Shown here: positions 62,396 to 64,000 of the stretch, piece by piece
How positions within the stretch are numbered: position 1 is the stretch's first letter
How the letters are laid out: every line of letters starts with the position of its first letter
Source: Mobula hypostoma
Taxonomy: Eukaryota
Direction: 5' to 3'
DNA length: 64,000 nucleotides
NCBI RefSeq assembly: GCF_963921235.1
Contig: NC_086097.1
Coordinates: 66,466,001 to 66,530,000, forward strand
Notes under the pieces: generated by a model
The model's input: only the letters and a program-made list of their open reading frames with translations
What the model was told of the DNA's origin: nothing
Database searches by the model: none
Program-made: the position numbers and the translations under genes

Positions 62396-64000
62396 CGCCC
62401 CATACACCGTCTAGGTAGTGTGACGAAAGACCAAGTATCATCATCTTATTTTTGTTATCTCCATTTCAACTGAGATTTGGCAGCAGCCTCCACCTTAGTA
62501 ATATGTAATGCATTTCAACAATGCCTACAGCCCCTCTGCACATTGAGCATTACTTTAATCATCTTGCGCCAATTATCTTCTTATTACCTACTTGCATTTG
62601 CAGGCCAGTGGAAGATGATTGGATATTCTGAAGCTACCGGTCATTCTCTCAGCCTATTATTATTCATCTACTTTTAATTTTCCCTTTCATTTTCTATTTT
62701 TGTCCTTGCTTTTCTTTTTTCCCCTCATCTTCTCTTTCTTCTTCAGCTTTGGTTCTTTTTGTAGAATGTATAGGCCTACATCTGAAACATGTGCTCTTCA
62801 AAAGTCACCATTATTCAGTTACAGTTTTACCCATGTTTGGTTTCAACTTTCTCGTAGTTTATTCCCTTCTCATTTCACCGATTAGCCCACCTCCAATTTA
62901 AGACACATATCATTACAAAAGTTCCAGTTGCAAAAATAGTAAAGCCACTTAAACCTCTAAGTGGAATCCCCAAATATAAATGTTCTTTAATTTATCATAT
63001 TCAACCTACCAGTTATCCATGATAATCCCCTTAGTCTATGGTGATACACAGTGCTGCTCTTCATTAAGTGATTATCACCAGATGTTCACTGGTCTTTTGC
63101 ATCAATACCATTAAGTCCTAAGATCACTTTCCTTTATGAATAATCTTCCGCCTTTCTACATTATTCTTCCACCTGTACAACTTGTAAAAATTCATACCCA
63201 TCTCTATTTCAATAGCATAGCATAAATTACTGCTTGAGCAGAAAGACCCATTCAGCTCAGTTTTCCAACACTTTCACTCAGATGTTGCTCTGTGAGGATC
63301 CATAGTTTTCCAATTCCATTCATTAATGAAGGTTCTCTATCACTATTTGAGAATGGTGAAGTTCCTTCTTGTATCAAACTAGAATAAAATTAGCACCTAT
63401 TACTTCACATAAATATTTTTTTTATATAAAGTGGGACCCTTGTATTCAATTGTATCTTAAGGCCTAACTCTACTTATTATCTTTCACATGGCAGTAGTCT
63501 CTTGTACTAACCAGTTGTCATTTTCTGGCATCATATATTTCTTATCTTTAATTAATTTTTGTTCAAATAGTGAAACAATATGCTTTGTATGCTACCAAAG
63601 GTACCTTTACAGCAATTATTCAAATTCTTTTTCTCTTTTTTGCACCTATGGTCTGAGAGCACAAAACATGGAAATTTTTTTTCACTATAACTTATTTTAG
63701 GTAGTGCCCAATTATTAACTGCAAATTGAGAAAAATATAATGCTGTATATACATTATGGCAGTGGTTTGTTTCACAACTATTTGTAAGGCTTATAGCAAG
63801 TTTTTCTAAAAGAAACCAATAAAATAGATATGAAAAATTATTATATAAATTAACTACTTATTTTTCAAATACTCCAACTTAGTTAAACATACTAAACCAT
63901 ATCTTAAACATACATTTTAAGATGCTTTCAAATATTAATATACTTAATAATGGAAGTTATATTAGTTTATTCTTAATCTCAGAATTATGATATCACTAAA

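Noticed and set aside
62619..62885. Purine-rich minus-strand stretch as a further coding exon of the antisense gene
   Set aside because: No long minus-strand ORF in the track, no convincing splice pair, and the downstream acceptor is closed in all frames.
59283..64000. Next TTC6 exon
   Set aside because: No plus-strand TPR-coding segment with splice sites found by eye; it presumably lies beyond the window, so full nesting of the antisense gene is inferred rather than seen.

Overview
Eukaryotic (vertebrate) genomic DNA. From the repeat families present I infer a cartilaginous fish, probably a ray or shark. The window lies inside a TPR-repeat gene on the + strand that I recognise as TTC6. Six GT-AG exons (12857-59282) join into one open 281-codon frame. 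The introns are packed with transposons: Rex1/Babar, L1, CR1, Gypsy, Tigger/pogo, Tc1, a Helitron, and four palindromic Penelope-like (GIY-YIG) insertions that carry minimal hammerhead ribozyme motifs. One nest is five elements deep. The main unexpected feature is a compact spliced gene nested antisense in the last TTC6 intron (- strand, coding 61957-61325 joined to 60996-60910, 239 aa). Its terminal exon is too short for the ORF track and encodes a Sororin-like / CCDC201-like C-terminal helix, preceded by a basic patch, a YSR-like motif and S-T-P sites, so it is a candidate unannotated cohesin regulator. Also notable is a 270-bp internal Helitron helicase fragment flanked by a 17-bp target-site duplication (TSD), which suggests a retrocopied Helitron RNA. 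All homology calls are from memory and manual reading; no database search was run.
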